Assembly (NCBI GenBank): GCA_023396095.1
Contig: JAEWXG010000012.1
Location: 19,942-83,941 of the forward strand
Source: Bacillota bacterium
GTDB taxonomy: Bacteria > Bacillota > Clostridia > Christensenellales > UBA3700
DNA: 64,000 bases
Direction: 5' to 3'
Shown: positions 19,983-29,497 of the stretch, piece after piece
Position numbering within the stretch: the first letter of the stretch is position 1
Layout: each line of letters opens with the position of its first letter
Notes under the pieces: generated by a model
Database searches by the model: none
What the model was told of the DNA's origin: nothing
What the model saw: the letters and a program-made list of their open reading frames with translations, nothing else
Translations under genes and position numbers: made by a program

Positions 19983-21181
19983 TATTTTACCCCATTTAAA
20001 ACAATATTTTTTGTATCTCTAGCTATAACTAACTCCTCATTTGTCGGTATAATAATTACTTTTACTTTAGAAGTATCTTTAGAAATTATCCCTGACTTCC
20101 GATTTAATTTGATGTTTTTATCCAAATCAAGTTCAACCCCTAAAAACTCAAGTCCTTTTAATGATTCTTCTCTTGCATTTTCAGAATTTTCACCGATTCC
20201 TCCAGCAAAAACTATACAATCAAGACCGCCCATTGCCGCAGCATAAGCCCCAATATATCTTTTAATTCTATAGTAGAACATATCTAATGCAAGTTTTGCT
20301 TTTTTATTCCCTCCTGCGGCAGCTTCATTTAGATCTCTAGAATCCGATGATAACTGCGAAACACCCAAGAATCCAGATTCTTTATTTAAATAATTTAACA
20401 TTTTTTTAATGTCATAACCTTTCTTCTCCATCAAATATTCAACTGCCGCTGGATCAATATCCCCACTTCTAGTCCCCATTATCAAACCTTCTAACGGGGT
20501 AAATCCCATGCTTGTATCTATGCATTTTCCATCCTTAACCGCAGCAATAGACGACCCGTTCCCTAAATGACATGTAACAATTTTACTATCCTTAGGCAAA
20601 CCTAATATTTTAATTGCTTCTTGAGAAATAAATTTATGAGATGTTCCATGAAATCCATATTTTCTTACATGATATTTTTCATAATCTTCATATTTAATCC
20701 CATACATATAAGCATAATTAGGCATTGACATATGAAATGCAGTATCAAATGTTGCAACCATTGGCACATCCAATAAATTGCGACAAGCCTTAATGCAAGC
20801 TATGTTTGCCGGCATATGCAATGGTCCTAATGGTTCATCTTCTTCTATAAACTTTAATGTTTCATCAGTAATTAATGTTGAATCTGTAAAATGCACCCCT
20901 GAATGCAAGACTCTATGTCCAATTGCATCAATTTCCTTAATATCTTTAACCGCCGTATGATCAACGTTAGTAAACTCTTTTATTATGTATTGCAATGCTT
21001 CTGTATGATTTTTCATTGGAGCAACTATCTCATATTTTTGATTGTTAATTTTATGCTCTATTCTTGAATTGTCAATACCTATTCTTTCAGCCCCACCTTT
21101 ACAAATAATATTTTCTGTATCCATATCAAGTAGTTGATATTTAAGTGATGAACTGCCTGCATTTAATACTAGTATTTTCAT
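19982..21181 (-). CDS. ackA: Acetate kinase
   Basis: 399 aa. MKILVLNAGSSSLKYQL N-terminus and full-length acetate-kinase resemblance. Adjacent to pta. Confidence 0.95.
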   Translation of the reverse strand: MKILVLNAGSSSLKYQLLDMDTENIICKGGAERIGIDNSRIEHKINNQKYEIVAPMKNHTEALQYIIKEFTNVDHTAVKDIKEIDAIGHRVLHSGVHFTDSTLITDETLKFIEEDEPLGPLHMPANIACIKACRNLLDVPMVATFDTAFHMSMPNYAYMYGIKYEDYEKYHVRKYGFHGTSHKFISQEAIKILGLPKDSKIVTCHLGNGSSIAAVKDGKCIDTSMGFTPLEGLIMGTRSGDIDPAAVEYLMEKKGYDIKKMLNYLNKESGFLGVSQLSSDSRDLNEAAAGGNKKAKLALDMFYYRIKRYIGAYAAAMGGLDCIVFAGGIGENSENAREESLKGLEFLGVELDLDKNIKLNRKSGIISKDTSKVKVIIIPTNEELVIARDTKNIVLNGVK

Positions 21182-21196
21182 AATATTTCTCCTTCA

Positions 21197-22198
21197 CTAA
21201 ATAGTAGATTGTAAAACAGTAATAGCAACAACGCCAATAATGTCCTCAACAGAACAACCTCTTGATAAATCATTAACTGGTTTAGCAAAGCCTTGACAAA
21301 TTGGCCCTATAGCCATCGCACCACCTAATCTTTGAACCAATTTATAACCAATGTTACCAGCCTGTAAATCAGGGAAAACAAAAACATTCGCTTCGCCTTC
21401 TAATGGACTACCAGGAGCTTTTAATTCTTGCACCGATTTTACTATAGCCGCATCAACTTGCACTTCTCCATCAATAATAAAATCTGGGTTAGTATCTTTA
21501 ACTAGCTGAGTAGCTTTAATTACTTTATCCGCATTCTCGTGTTTTGCACTTCCCTTTGTCGAGAACGATAACATAGCAACTTTAGGCAATCCTATTCCAC
21601 CTAAAACTTTTGCTGTATTTGCTGATGCAACAGCAATATCAGCTAATTGCTCCGCTGTCGGGTTGATATTAACAGCACAATCGGCAAAAACTAAAACTCT
21701 TTCTTTTTTATAATAAGCTTTCTCATCAAAACACATTAAAAAAACTCCTGAAACAGTTTTAATTCCTGATTTTGTCTTAACAATTTGCAACGCTGGTCTT
21801 AGTAAATCTCCAGTAGAATGACAAGCGCCACCAACCATACCATCTACATAACCATCTTTCAACATCATCGTCGCAAAATATAAAGGATCACCGAAAATTA
21901 ACTCTTTAGCTTTTTCTAAAGTCATTCCTTTCTCTTTTCTTAATTCATATAACATCTCAATGTATTTATCTGTGTCATGAAACGTTGATGCACTTACAAT
22001 TTCTATCCCTTCTAAATCAGCTTTTGATACTTTTTTTACTAACTCCTTAATATCACCTACAAAAACAATATTTGCAATTTTCCTTTTTTGAATTTCAATA
22101 CCTGCCTTTAACACTCTTTCATCATTAGATTCCGGCAAAACTATTCTTTTGTTCAATAAAACTGCTCTTTCCATAAATGAATCAATCAAACTTTTCAT
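21197..22198 (-). CDS. pta: Phosphate acetyltransferase
   Basis: 333 aa. PTA_PTB family resemblance and the classic pta-ackA arrangement. Confidence 0.9.
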   Translation of the reverse strand: MKSLIDSFMERAVLLNKRIVLPESNDERVLKAGIEIQKRKIANIVFVGDIKELVKKVSKADLEGIEIVSASTFHDTDKYIEMLYELRKEKGMTLEKAKELIFGDPLYFATMMLKDGYVDGMVGGACHSTGDLLRPALQIVKTKSGIKTVSGVFLMCFDEKAYYKKERVLVFADCAVNINPTAEQLADIAVASANTAKVLGGIGLPKVAMLSFSTKGSAKHENADKVIKATQLVKDTNPDFIIDGEVQVDAAIVKSVQELKAPGSPLEGEANVFVFPDLQAGNIGYKLVQRLGGAMAIGPICQGFAKPVNDLSRGCSVEDIIGVVAITVLQSTI

Positions 22199-22253
22199 TA
22201 TCTTTCTCCTAATATAAACAGCCTATCCAGTAAGCTTTTAGTTCACGCATAAT

Positions 22254-22282
22254 ATTATATATATTAACGCACGTTATATCAA
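22254..22282 (-). promoter_or_regulatory. pta-ackA promoter (TTGATA-17-TATAAT)
   Basis: -35 at 22282..22277 and -10 at 22259..22254 on the minus strand. The spacer contains the TAACGtgCGTTA inverted repeat. Confidence 0.65.
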
Positions 22283-22678
22283 GGCTAAATACAACATGAT
22301 TATTTTGATTTGTCACCTAATGTGAAAAATTACAACAAGAATATAATAAAATTTACTAAACAAAAATTTCATTAAACTTAAATAATACTATAAAAATTCT
22401 TCATTGTTTTACAATATTTAATAATAAAAATAGTTTTAAAAGCTAAAATTATTATACATATATACTATATTTTATATTATTATTTTTAATTGCACTATTA
22501 AACTCTTTATGATCAATTTACTCATTAAACACTTTTCCCACTTTACTCTAACAGAGAAATTTTATCTATTAAAACTTTCCTTATTGTTTAATGTAAGGTT
22601 TAATATTACAATCCTATTTTTTAGCTATAAATGTTACAAGTTATAGTCTATAGCATGTTATAATAATCTACATAAAAG

Positions 22679-23812
22679 ATGATTGGAATAATTGCAGAAT
22701 TTAACCCTTTACATAATGGGCACCAACGTATTATTGATATAGCGAAAACTATAGATGAAAATCTAGTCATTGCTATGTCTGGGAATATAACTCAAAGAGG
22801 AAATTTTGCCTCTATCGATAAGCATACTAGAGCGTCAATGGCCATAAAATCTGGAGCTTCAATTGTTGTTGAAATACCTCCTATTTTTGTTGCTTCATCA
22901 GCAGAATACTACGCAAAAGGAGCCGTATTAACTCTACAAGCCTGTGGTGTTGAGCAAATAATATTTGGCAGTGAGATTGGAGACATTAGCCAATTAGAAA
23001 ATTTATATAATTTGATACAATCAAAAAATGTACAAAACTCCATAAAGCAAAACATTAAATTAGGAAACTCATACTCAGCCTCGTTATTAGAAACTTTTAA
23101 AAACATGGGGATTGCAATAGACATAATTACTCCTAATAATATTTTAGCAATTGAATATATAAAGCAATGTAAAAAATATGGAATAAAATACCAAACAATT
23201 AAGCGTGAAAATAATTACAACGATAGCAATATTAATTTCTTTTATCCATCCGCAACTGCAATCAGAGAGCTTGCACAAGTGAATAATTTTGAAGCAATAA
23301 AAAATTTTGTTCCAGAACATGCTCTTTTTCCTAAAGAGTCATTTCTAACAAACAATGGCCTATATACAATTTTACGAGAGAAAATCTTAAACACAGGGGA
23401 GATTCTATTGCATGACATTTATGACGCCACAGAAGGCATTGAAAATAGAATCTTTAATTTTGCAGAAAAGGCTACATCTCTAGAAGAATTAATAGATTTA
23501 ACAACTACACGTCGTTACACAAAACAAAAAATCCAAAGATTTTTATTACATATCCTATTAAAAATAACAAAGGATAATGCAAAATATATGCTTAACAACA
23601 TAGACTATTATAATGTTTTAGCAATAAATAAAAATTGTATTAATCTATTATCAAACGATTTATTATGCACAAAGTATAAAGATTTCATAGCAAAGAATTT
23701 ATTAAATTCCAACCATTTTAAATTGCAAAATAGTATTGATAAATTGCATTCAATAATAAACAATAAAGAGTTCACATTCAAAAATATGGTGGTCGTACAA
23801 ACCAAAAACTAA
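22679..23812 (+). CDS. tmcAL: tRNA(Met) cytidine acetate ligase (YlbM/UPF0348 family)
   Basis: 377 aa. MIGIIAEFNPLHNGH nucleotidyltransferase motif and YlbM-like length. Extended -10 TGtTATAAT about 15 nt upstream. Confidence 0.8.
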   Translation: MIGIIAEFNPLHNGHQRIIDIAKTIDENLVIAMSGNITQRGNFASIDKHTRASMAIKSGASIVVEIPPIFVASSAEYYAKGAVLTLQACGVEQIIFGSEIGDISQLENLYNLIQSKNVQNSIKQNIKLGNSYSASLLETFKNMGIAIDIITPNNILAIEYIKQCKKYGIKYQTIKRENNYNDSNINFFYPSATAIRELAQVNNFEAIKNFVPEHALFPKESFLTNNGLYTILREKILNTGEILLHDIYDATEGIENRIFNFAEKATSLEELIDLTTTRRYTKQKIQRFLLHILLKITKDNAKYMLNNIDYYNVLAINKNCINLLSNDLLCTKYKDFIAKNLLNSNHFKLQNSIDKLHSIINNKEFTFKNMVVVQTKN

Positions 23813-23832
23813 ATTAATATGTCAAGATAACT

Positions 23833-24327
23833 TTAATTTTTCTTTGTAATAACTCCCCCACTCATTTCTTCTCTAGAGGTTCTTAATTTTGTTAAAATTT
23901 CAGTAAGATAAATCTCAGCTTTCGATAATTCCTCATCAATAAATTTTTTAGAAGAATCGTTCATTGCATTACAATAATCTGTTGCCTTTTTCATTATGTT
24001 ACTTGCTTCAACTTTCGCGTTTCTAACAATAACTGATTCTTCAACAAGATTACGTGCTTCTTGCTTTGCTTTTATCACAGCCTCTTCGCAATATTTTTTA
24101 GTCTCATTCTCATAGTCTAAGGCTTTTTGTTTAATCCCTTCCTCTTCTCTAATGATTTCTTTAGCACGAAGTATCTCGTCCGGTAATGAAGTTCTAATTG
24201 AATTAATCAATCCCAAAACATCTCTTAATTCAATAATTACAGCACTTTTATTAAATGTTGCTGTTTTAGAATTTTTAATTTTTTCCTCTAATTGCGTTAG
24301 CAAATCATAAATATTAACTTGATTCAT
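23833..24327 (-). CDS. Coiled-coil protein of unknown function downstream of coaD
   Basis: 164 aa, highly charged and helical. Overlaps the coaD 3' end by 14 nt. Confidence 0.5.
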   Translation of the reverse strand: MNQVNIYDLLTQLEEKIKNSKTATFNKSAVIIELRDVLGLINSIRTSLPDEILRAKEIIREEEGIKQKALDYENETKKYCEEAVIKAKQEARNLVEESVIVRNAKVEASNIMKKATDYCNAMNDSSKKFIDEELSKAEIYLTEILTKLRTSREEMSGGVITKKN

Positions 24328-24841
24328 TTATCCTTTCCACCTTTGTGTAATATATTTCTTTCACTTTATTAATTATCTTTTTAGGTAAATACGCACTTAA
24401 ATCTTTGTTTTCCTCGAGAGCAATCCTAACCTTTGATGATGAAACAAATCCATTCTCCTCTTTAGCTGGTATTAATAGTGTTTTAACAGCCCCGTTTTCG
24501 AAATTGTATTTTGACATTAATGATTCATACTCGAAATCTCTACTATCTCTAAATCCTCGTAATATAACATTAATTCCGTGCGCTCTACAATAATCAATTG
24601 TTAATCCTTCATATGAATCAACTATAATATTTGCTTTATCACAAAAAAGTTCCTTCAATATTTGGACTCTTTCTTCCATGGTAAAAAAAGAAGTTTTACT
24701 TTCATTAATAAGCACAACAACGTACACCAAATCAAATGTTGACAAAGCATTCATGATTATATCATAATGACCGTTAGTAATAGGGTCAAAACTTCCTGTT
24801 ACAGCACACCTTGTTAAATTTGTTTTTGTTTTGTTTACCAT
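24314..24841 (-). CDS. coaD: Phosphopantetheine adenylyltransferase
   Basis: 175 aa. The CAVTGSFDPITNGH motif is typical of CoaD. Confidence 0.9.
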   Translation of the reverse strand: MVNKTKTNLTRCAVTGSFDPITNGHYDIIMNALSTFDLVYVVVLINESKTSFFTMEERVQILKELFCDKANIIVDSYEGLTIDYCRAHGINVILRGFRDSRDFEYESLMSKYNFENGAVKTLLIPAKEENGFVSSSKVRIALEENKDLSAYLPKKIINKVKEIYYTKVERINESS

Positions 24842-25021
24842 TAATTTTTACCCAAAAAACAACTTAAACTAGAAAAATCTAGATTATGAATATATGATAA
24901 ATCAATAACCTCTGTGTGACAAGTAATTCCAAATTATATATATCTAAAAATACATATTTATTATAAATATATCGCTTTTATTATTTGCATCTCACTTTTC
25001 AACTGATGTTTACAAAAAATA

Positions 25022-25567
25022 TTACACTGCCCGTCTTTTAATAGTATCGACTTGTACTATTCCATAAAGTTTGGTTTTAATAATTTCCCAATCCTCACTC
25101 AAATTGATATCAATATTCTTTAAATGCTCATAAATAATAAGGCCATCATTTTCTAAAATATCACACTCATTTATTAGATTTAAAATTAAAGCCGCATCAT
25201 TTTGCGCATATGGTGGATCTAAAAAAATAATATTAAACTTTTTTCCTTTTAAAAGACTAATTGCATTTTTGTAATCTGAATTTATAACTCTTGATGTTTC
25301 TTTTATTAAATTTAAATTCTCTTCGATAATTTTAATTGCTTTTCTAGAAATATCAACAAACACTACTTCTCTAGCGCCTCTAGAAATCGCTTCTATTCCA
25401 ATTGCACCACTACCGGCAAATAAATCTAAAAATTTAGCATTATGAACAAGAAATTGTATTGAATCAAAAATGGCTTCTTTTACCTTATCGGTAGTTGGCC
25501 TTACTATATTATCATCAGTCGGATTTTTTAAAATTCTCCCACGGTATTTGCCGGATATGATTCTCAT
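25022..25567 (-). CDS. rsmD: 16S rRNA (guanine966-N2)-methyltransferase RsmD
   Basis: 181 aa. MRIISGKYRGR N-terminus, DLFAGSGAIGIEA SAM-binding motif and DPPY. Confidence 0.9.
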   Translation of the reverse strand: MRIISGKYRGRILKNPTDDNIVRPTTDKVKEAIFDSIQFLVHNAKFLDLFAGSGAIGIEAISRGAREVVFVDISRKAIKIIEENLNLIKETSRVINSDYKNAISLLKGKKFNIIFLDPPYAQNDAALILNLINECDILENDGLIIYEHLKNIDINLSEDWEIIKTKLYGIVQVDTIKRRAV

Positions 25568-26106
25568 TAAAAAATCTCCTTGTTAGTTATAATACAATCC
25601 ATTTTTACATCATACGATTCAACTTCAATAACATCGTTCATTACTTGAAAATCAAAAGCAAGCCCGATTTTGTAACAATCTTTGTGGCTAGCAAAAAATC
25701 TATCGTAATAACCCTTACCTTTTCCAACTCTATTTCGCAACTTATCACATGCAACCAAAGGCACGATAACAACATCTATATGCGAACTTGTATCACTTTG
25801 TCCGCTAGGTTCAAGTATACCAAAAGCTCCAACTTGATATTGTGAAAATTTATTTACTTCAACAACTTCAATATTGTCTTCTATGACACGTGGCAAATAC
25901 ACTCGTTTTGAATCAAGCATTCTTTCAATTATAGCCTTTGTATTAACTTCTTTATCTAATGAATTATATATTGAAATTGATCGTGCATTTTTAACTACAT
26001 CCAACTCTAAAAGCAATGAAGTAATCATCCAAGACTTTTTTTCCAAAAATTCTTTTTGTTCTAAGAGTTTTTCTTTAACAATTTTTCTAGCAGAAGATTT
26101 ATCCAT
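25567..26106 (-). CDS. 5-formyltetrahydrofolate cyclo-ligase
   Basis: 179 aa. GKGKGYYDRF motif and family-typical length. Confidence 0.8.
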   Translation of the reverse strand: MDKSSARKIVKEKLLEQKEFLEKKSWMITSLLLELDVVKNARSISIYNSLDKEVNTKAIIERMLDSKRVYLPRVIEDNIEVVEVNKFSQYQVGAFGILEPSGQSDTSSHIDVVIVPLVACDKLRNRVGKGKGYYDRFFASHKDCYKIGLAFDFQVMNDVIEVESYDVKMDCIITNKEIF

Positions 26107-26107
26107 T

Positions 26108-28366
26108 CTATTTTTTATAATAATTCATCAAGCATCCAGCAACAATGATTTCTTTTTCTTGCTTTGTTAATTCGTCTATTCTTAATTCAATATTTTTTAT
26201 AGTTGTTCCTCTAACTAATATCGCATCGAATTTTAAATCACCACGTAAAATTTTTTCTTTAACATTTGGGATTATTAAATAATCATCCACTTTATAATCA
26301 TCATGATCTGAAATAAAAGGCAACATTCCCCAATTTATTAAATTACTTCTATATCTTTTAGTCGCATATTCTTTTGCTATGTTGGCAACCCCACCCAAGA
26401 CTCTTTGTGATGATGCGGCTTGTTCCCTCGCGCTACCATCTCCTGGCTTGTTTGCAAAAATAGAGCTGCCATATGAAATACTGCCATCCAGTTTAATATT
26501 TGCGCGCTTTATTATATCTTCAAATTCTTTTGACCCCTTATTCTCTTGTCTCGCTTGCTCCTCATTTTTCACTAATTTAGCTCTATTTACATATTCTGGA
26601 TCTTTTCTTGATAATGCAAATTCGGCCAATCTTAACGGATTTGATCTATAAGAGGATGTTTCTCCAGAAGGTATCAATTCATCCGTTGTAGTAACTGGAT
26701 CTTTAATAACAGAAACAACTTTAACTGCAATATTATCTGTTAATGCTATTTGATTTGGCCAATCTTTTATATTAGGGCCATACTTTAAATCAAATTCAAC
26801 TTCACTTTTCCCATATCCATCATATACTCTCGTATTATAAATCTCGTTACTATAATTAAATTTTTCGATTTGATCATCAAATTCAACATCTTCTGCTGAT
26901 GTCAAAATCCCATTATTCAAAGCAGTAGCCGCAATTGATCTTGCATCCATTAAAGCAACTGACGATATTTGCCCCTCTCCTGGTTTTGAACCCTCTCTTG
27001 ATTCAAAATTTCTTGTTGTATGTCTAACAGAGAAACCATTATTACTTGGAACATCACCGGCTCCAAAACAAGGTCCACAAAACGCTGTTTTTATAATAGC
27101 TCCTGACATCATCAACTTTTCAATGATTCCTTTTCTCACTAAATCAATATAAATTGGTTGCGACCCAGGATATATATTCAACGCAAAATCATCATGCCCT
27201 ATTGGTTTGCCATCTAGAATATTAGCTGCCGTGTATATATTATCGTATGTTCCACCAGAGCAACCAGCTATCACACCTTGAGTGACTTGTACTTTACCAT
27301 TTACAATTTTATCTTGAAGTGTAAAATTAACATCTCCTTTATTTAGATACTCATATTCTTTTTCAACTTGCGCAAAAACATCATATGGATTCTTTATAAC
27401 TTCTTTAATATCATAAACATTTGCAGGATGGAATGGCATTGCAATTTTTGCAGTTATTTCATCTAAATTAACTACTACAGCTCTATCATATCTTGCATAA
27501 TTTTCTGGATTGATTTCTTTATACGCATCAAGTCTACCATGCGTTGCAAAATACTCTCTTGTTGTATTATCTGTAGCCCATATAGATGATAAACATGTTG
27601 TTTCAGTTGTCATAACGTCAATACCGTTTCTAAACTCAATAGGCAAATTGGCTATTCCAGGGCCAATAAACTCCATAACCTTGTTTTTAACAAAACCATT
27701 TTTAAATACTTCTTTTATTATTGCTAAAGCAACATCCTGAGGCCCTATTCCATGTCTCACTCTGCCGTCTAGGTATACTGCAACAATATCTGGATAATTA
27801 ATATCATATGTTCTATCTAATAACTGTTTTACTAATTCTGGGCCACCTTCACCAATTGCCATTGTCCCTAATGCTCCATATCTTGTGTGTGAATCGCTTC
27901 CTAAAATCATATTGCCACACTTCGACATTTTTTCCCTTATATATGTGTGTATGACAGCAAGATGTGGAGGAACATATATTCCACCATACTTCTTAGCAGC
28001 AGATAATCCAAAAACATGATCATCTTCGTTAATTGTTCCGCCTACTGCGCATAATGAATTATGACAGTTCGTTAAAACATACGGCAATTTAAAATATTCT
28101 AATCCACTAGCTTTAGCAGTTTGAATAATTCCAACATATGTAATATCGTGAGAAGCTAAAGCATCAAATCTAATTTTAAGTTTTGTATCTTTTTCTACTT
28201 CAGGAGTATTATTATGTGCTGATAGAATTTTATACGAAATGGTCTTCTTATAAGATGTTTTATCAATTTCATCATTTAGCCCCATCATAACGGCTTCTCT
28301 CTTTTGCACAAGCTTGCCATCTATCAAATACATATTTTCATCAAATAACTTTATACCTTTTGACAT
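26108..28366 (-). CDS. Aconitase-family hydratase (about 750-aa clostridial/fusobacterial type; substrate uncertain)
   Basis: 752 aa. Motifs GSDSHTRYGALG, AGCSGGTYDN and FCGPCFGAGD are typical of aconitase-family Fe-S dehydratases, and a swivel-domain-like C-terminus is present. Confidence 0.75.
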   Translation of the reverse strand: MSKGIKLFDENMYLIDGKLVQKREAVMMGLNDEIDKTSYKKTISYKILSAHNNTPEVEKDTKLKIRFDALASHDITYVGIIQTAKASGLEYFKLPYVLTNCHNSLCAVGGTINEDDHVFGLSAAKKYGGIYVPPHLAVIHTYIREKMSKCGNMILGSDSHTRYGALGTMAIGEGGPELVKQLLDRTYDINYPDIVAVYLDGRVRHGIGPQDVALAIIKEVFKNGFVKNKVMEFIGPGIANLPIEFRNGIDVMTTETTCLSSIWATDNTTREYFATHGRLDAYKEINPENYARYDRAVVVNLDEITAKIAMPFHPANVYDIKEVIKNPYDVFAQVEKEYEYLNKGDVNFTLQDKIVNGKVQVTQGVIAGCSGGTYDNIYTAANILDGKPIGHDDFALNIYPGSQPIYIDLVRKGIIEKLMMSGAIIKTAFCGPCFGAGDVPSNNGFSVRHTTRNFESREGSKPGEGQISSVALMDARSIAATALNNGILTSAEDVEFDDQIEKFNYSNEIYNTRVYDGYGKSEVEFDLKYGPNIKDWPNQIALTDNIAVKVVSVIKDPVTTTDELIPSGETSSYRSNPLRLAEFALSRKDPEYVNRAKLVKNEEQARQENKGSKEFEDIIKRANIKLDGSISYGSSIFANKPGDGSAREQAASSQRVLGGVANIAKEYATKRYRSNLINWGMLPFISDHDDYKVDDYLIIPNVKEKILRGDLKFDAILVRGTTIKNIELRIDELTKQEKEIIVAGCLMNYYKK

Positions 28367-28403
28367 AAATCCTCCATAACTTTGTTAAGTACAGTCAAGC
28401 ATG

Positions 28404-28432
28404 AGTATATATAAATAATCATTATAAGTCAA
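28404..28432 (-). promoter_or_regulatory. Promoter of the hydratase operon (TTGACT-17-TATACT)
   Basis: -35 at 28432..28427 and -10 at 28409..28404 on the minus strand. Confidence 0.6.
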
Positions 28433-28495
28433 AAAATTATGAATATATTGCGCAATATTAAAGCGTAACCTAAACTAAATAAAGTAACGCCCGTT

Positions 28496-29497
28496 CTAAA
28501 ATTTTTCAACAAAAAATGCCTTTTGCGGAATAATCCCTGAAATGAATTTAGACTGATTATTTTTACTTAAAAGAGAAAAGGCCTGCATTGCCAATTCCTC
28601 TTCACAGATTACATCGTCGTATTTTTCGGATTTAACCGAAATAATACTTATTATTCTATTTTTAACATTAATTTTAAACACTTTAGACTCTAAATACTTA
28701 ATTTCAAACTTTATTATTCCATCATATTCAAAATCTGGTTGATATTTTAATAATTTTAAAAATTGTTCTAAATTACAAATTTTAATCATACTATTATCGT
28801 GATTCCTTGTACTTTCATTTAAAAATATGTCAGATTTTTTACCTTCAAAAAATTGTTCCTTTTCTAAATCAAATATATCGCCAAAAAACACTAATTCATC
28901 AACTTCATCACTAACTAAAGTGTATCCCAGTAGTTGTTCATCCTTATATATTAAGTATGCTCTTCCGCCTTCTGCTGCAAGTTCATGCAAGCGTTTGTTC
29001 ATCACATCTTTGTCTCTGTAAATATGATTAACCCCTTGAAAATATTGATTATACATCTCAAGCATGGTGTCTATATCTGTAGTTTCTTTAAAGATATATT
29101 TGTTGTTTTTACCACAACTATTTAATTTATATGAATAATCTGAAACTATAAAGCCGTATTTTTTATAATAATCATGCTTGAATGGATATAAAGCAACAAA
29201 AGGGAAATTATTTGTTTCTAAGTATTTAAACGCATCCCGCATAACATCTTCTAAAAGTTTTTGTCCTCTATATTCCAACTTTGTTCCTGCCGCAACTATA
29301 TATGGAACAGTTACAACTTGATCATTAAATGAAACTCTTTTATCAATTAAATAAAGTGCTGATATAAGTTCACCACTTCTAACTAGCGTAAATATTTTTT
29401 CGTAATTTACCTTTGTTGAAAAGAAATAATCTATATATTTCTCAGTATCGTATGGAAATGCTTCCTTATATAATTTCTTCAGATTTACAACATCCAT
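28496..29497 (-). CDS. GNAT-family N-acetyltransferase with extra C-terminal domain (Eis-like architecture)
   Basis: 333 aa. GNAT core (YRGQKLLEDVMRDAF...YPFKHDYYKKYGF) followed by a ~180-aa C-terminal region. Confidence 0.6.
   Translation of the reverse strand: MDVVNLKKLYKEAFPYDTEKYIDYFFSTKVNYEKIFTLVRSGELISALYLIDKRVSFNDQVVTVPYIVAAGTKLEYRGQKLLEDVMRDAFKYLETNNFPFVALYPFKHDYYKKYGFIVSDYSYKLNSCGKNNKYIFKETTDIDTMLEMYNQYFQGVNHIYRDKDVMNKRLHELAAEGGRAYLIYKDEQLLGYTLVSDEVDELVFFGDIFDLEKEQFFEGKKSDIFLNESTRNHDNSMIKICNLEQFLKLLKYQPDFEYDGIIKFEIKYLESKVFKINVKNRIISIISVKSEKYDDVICEEELAMQAFSLLSKNNQSKFISGIIPQKAFFVEKF

Noticed and set aside
22283-22678. The largest non-coding gap in the window (about 400 bp, extremely AT-rich) between divergent pta and tmcAL. 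I examined it for a riboswitch, an sRNA, DnaA boxes and GAG/UAG repeat arrays.
   Set aside because: It contains no GC-containing helices, no TTATCCACA-like boxes, no repeat structure and no ORF with an SD. It is best explained as two divergent promoter regions with AT-rich upstream DNA.
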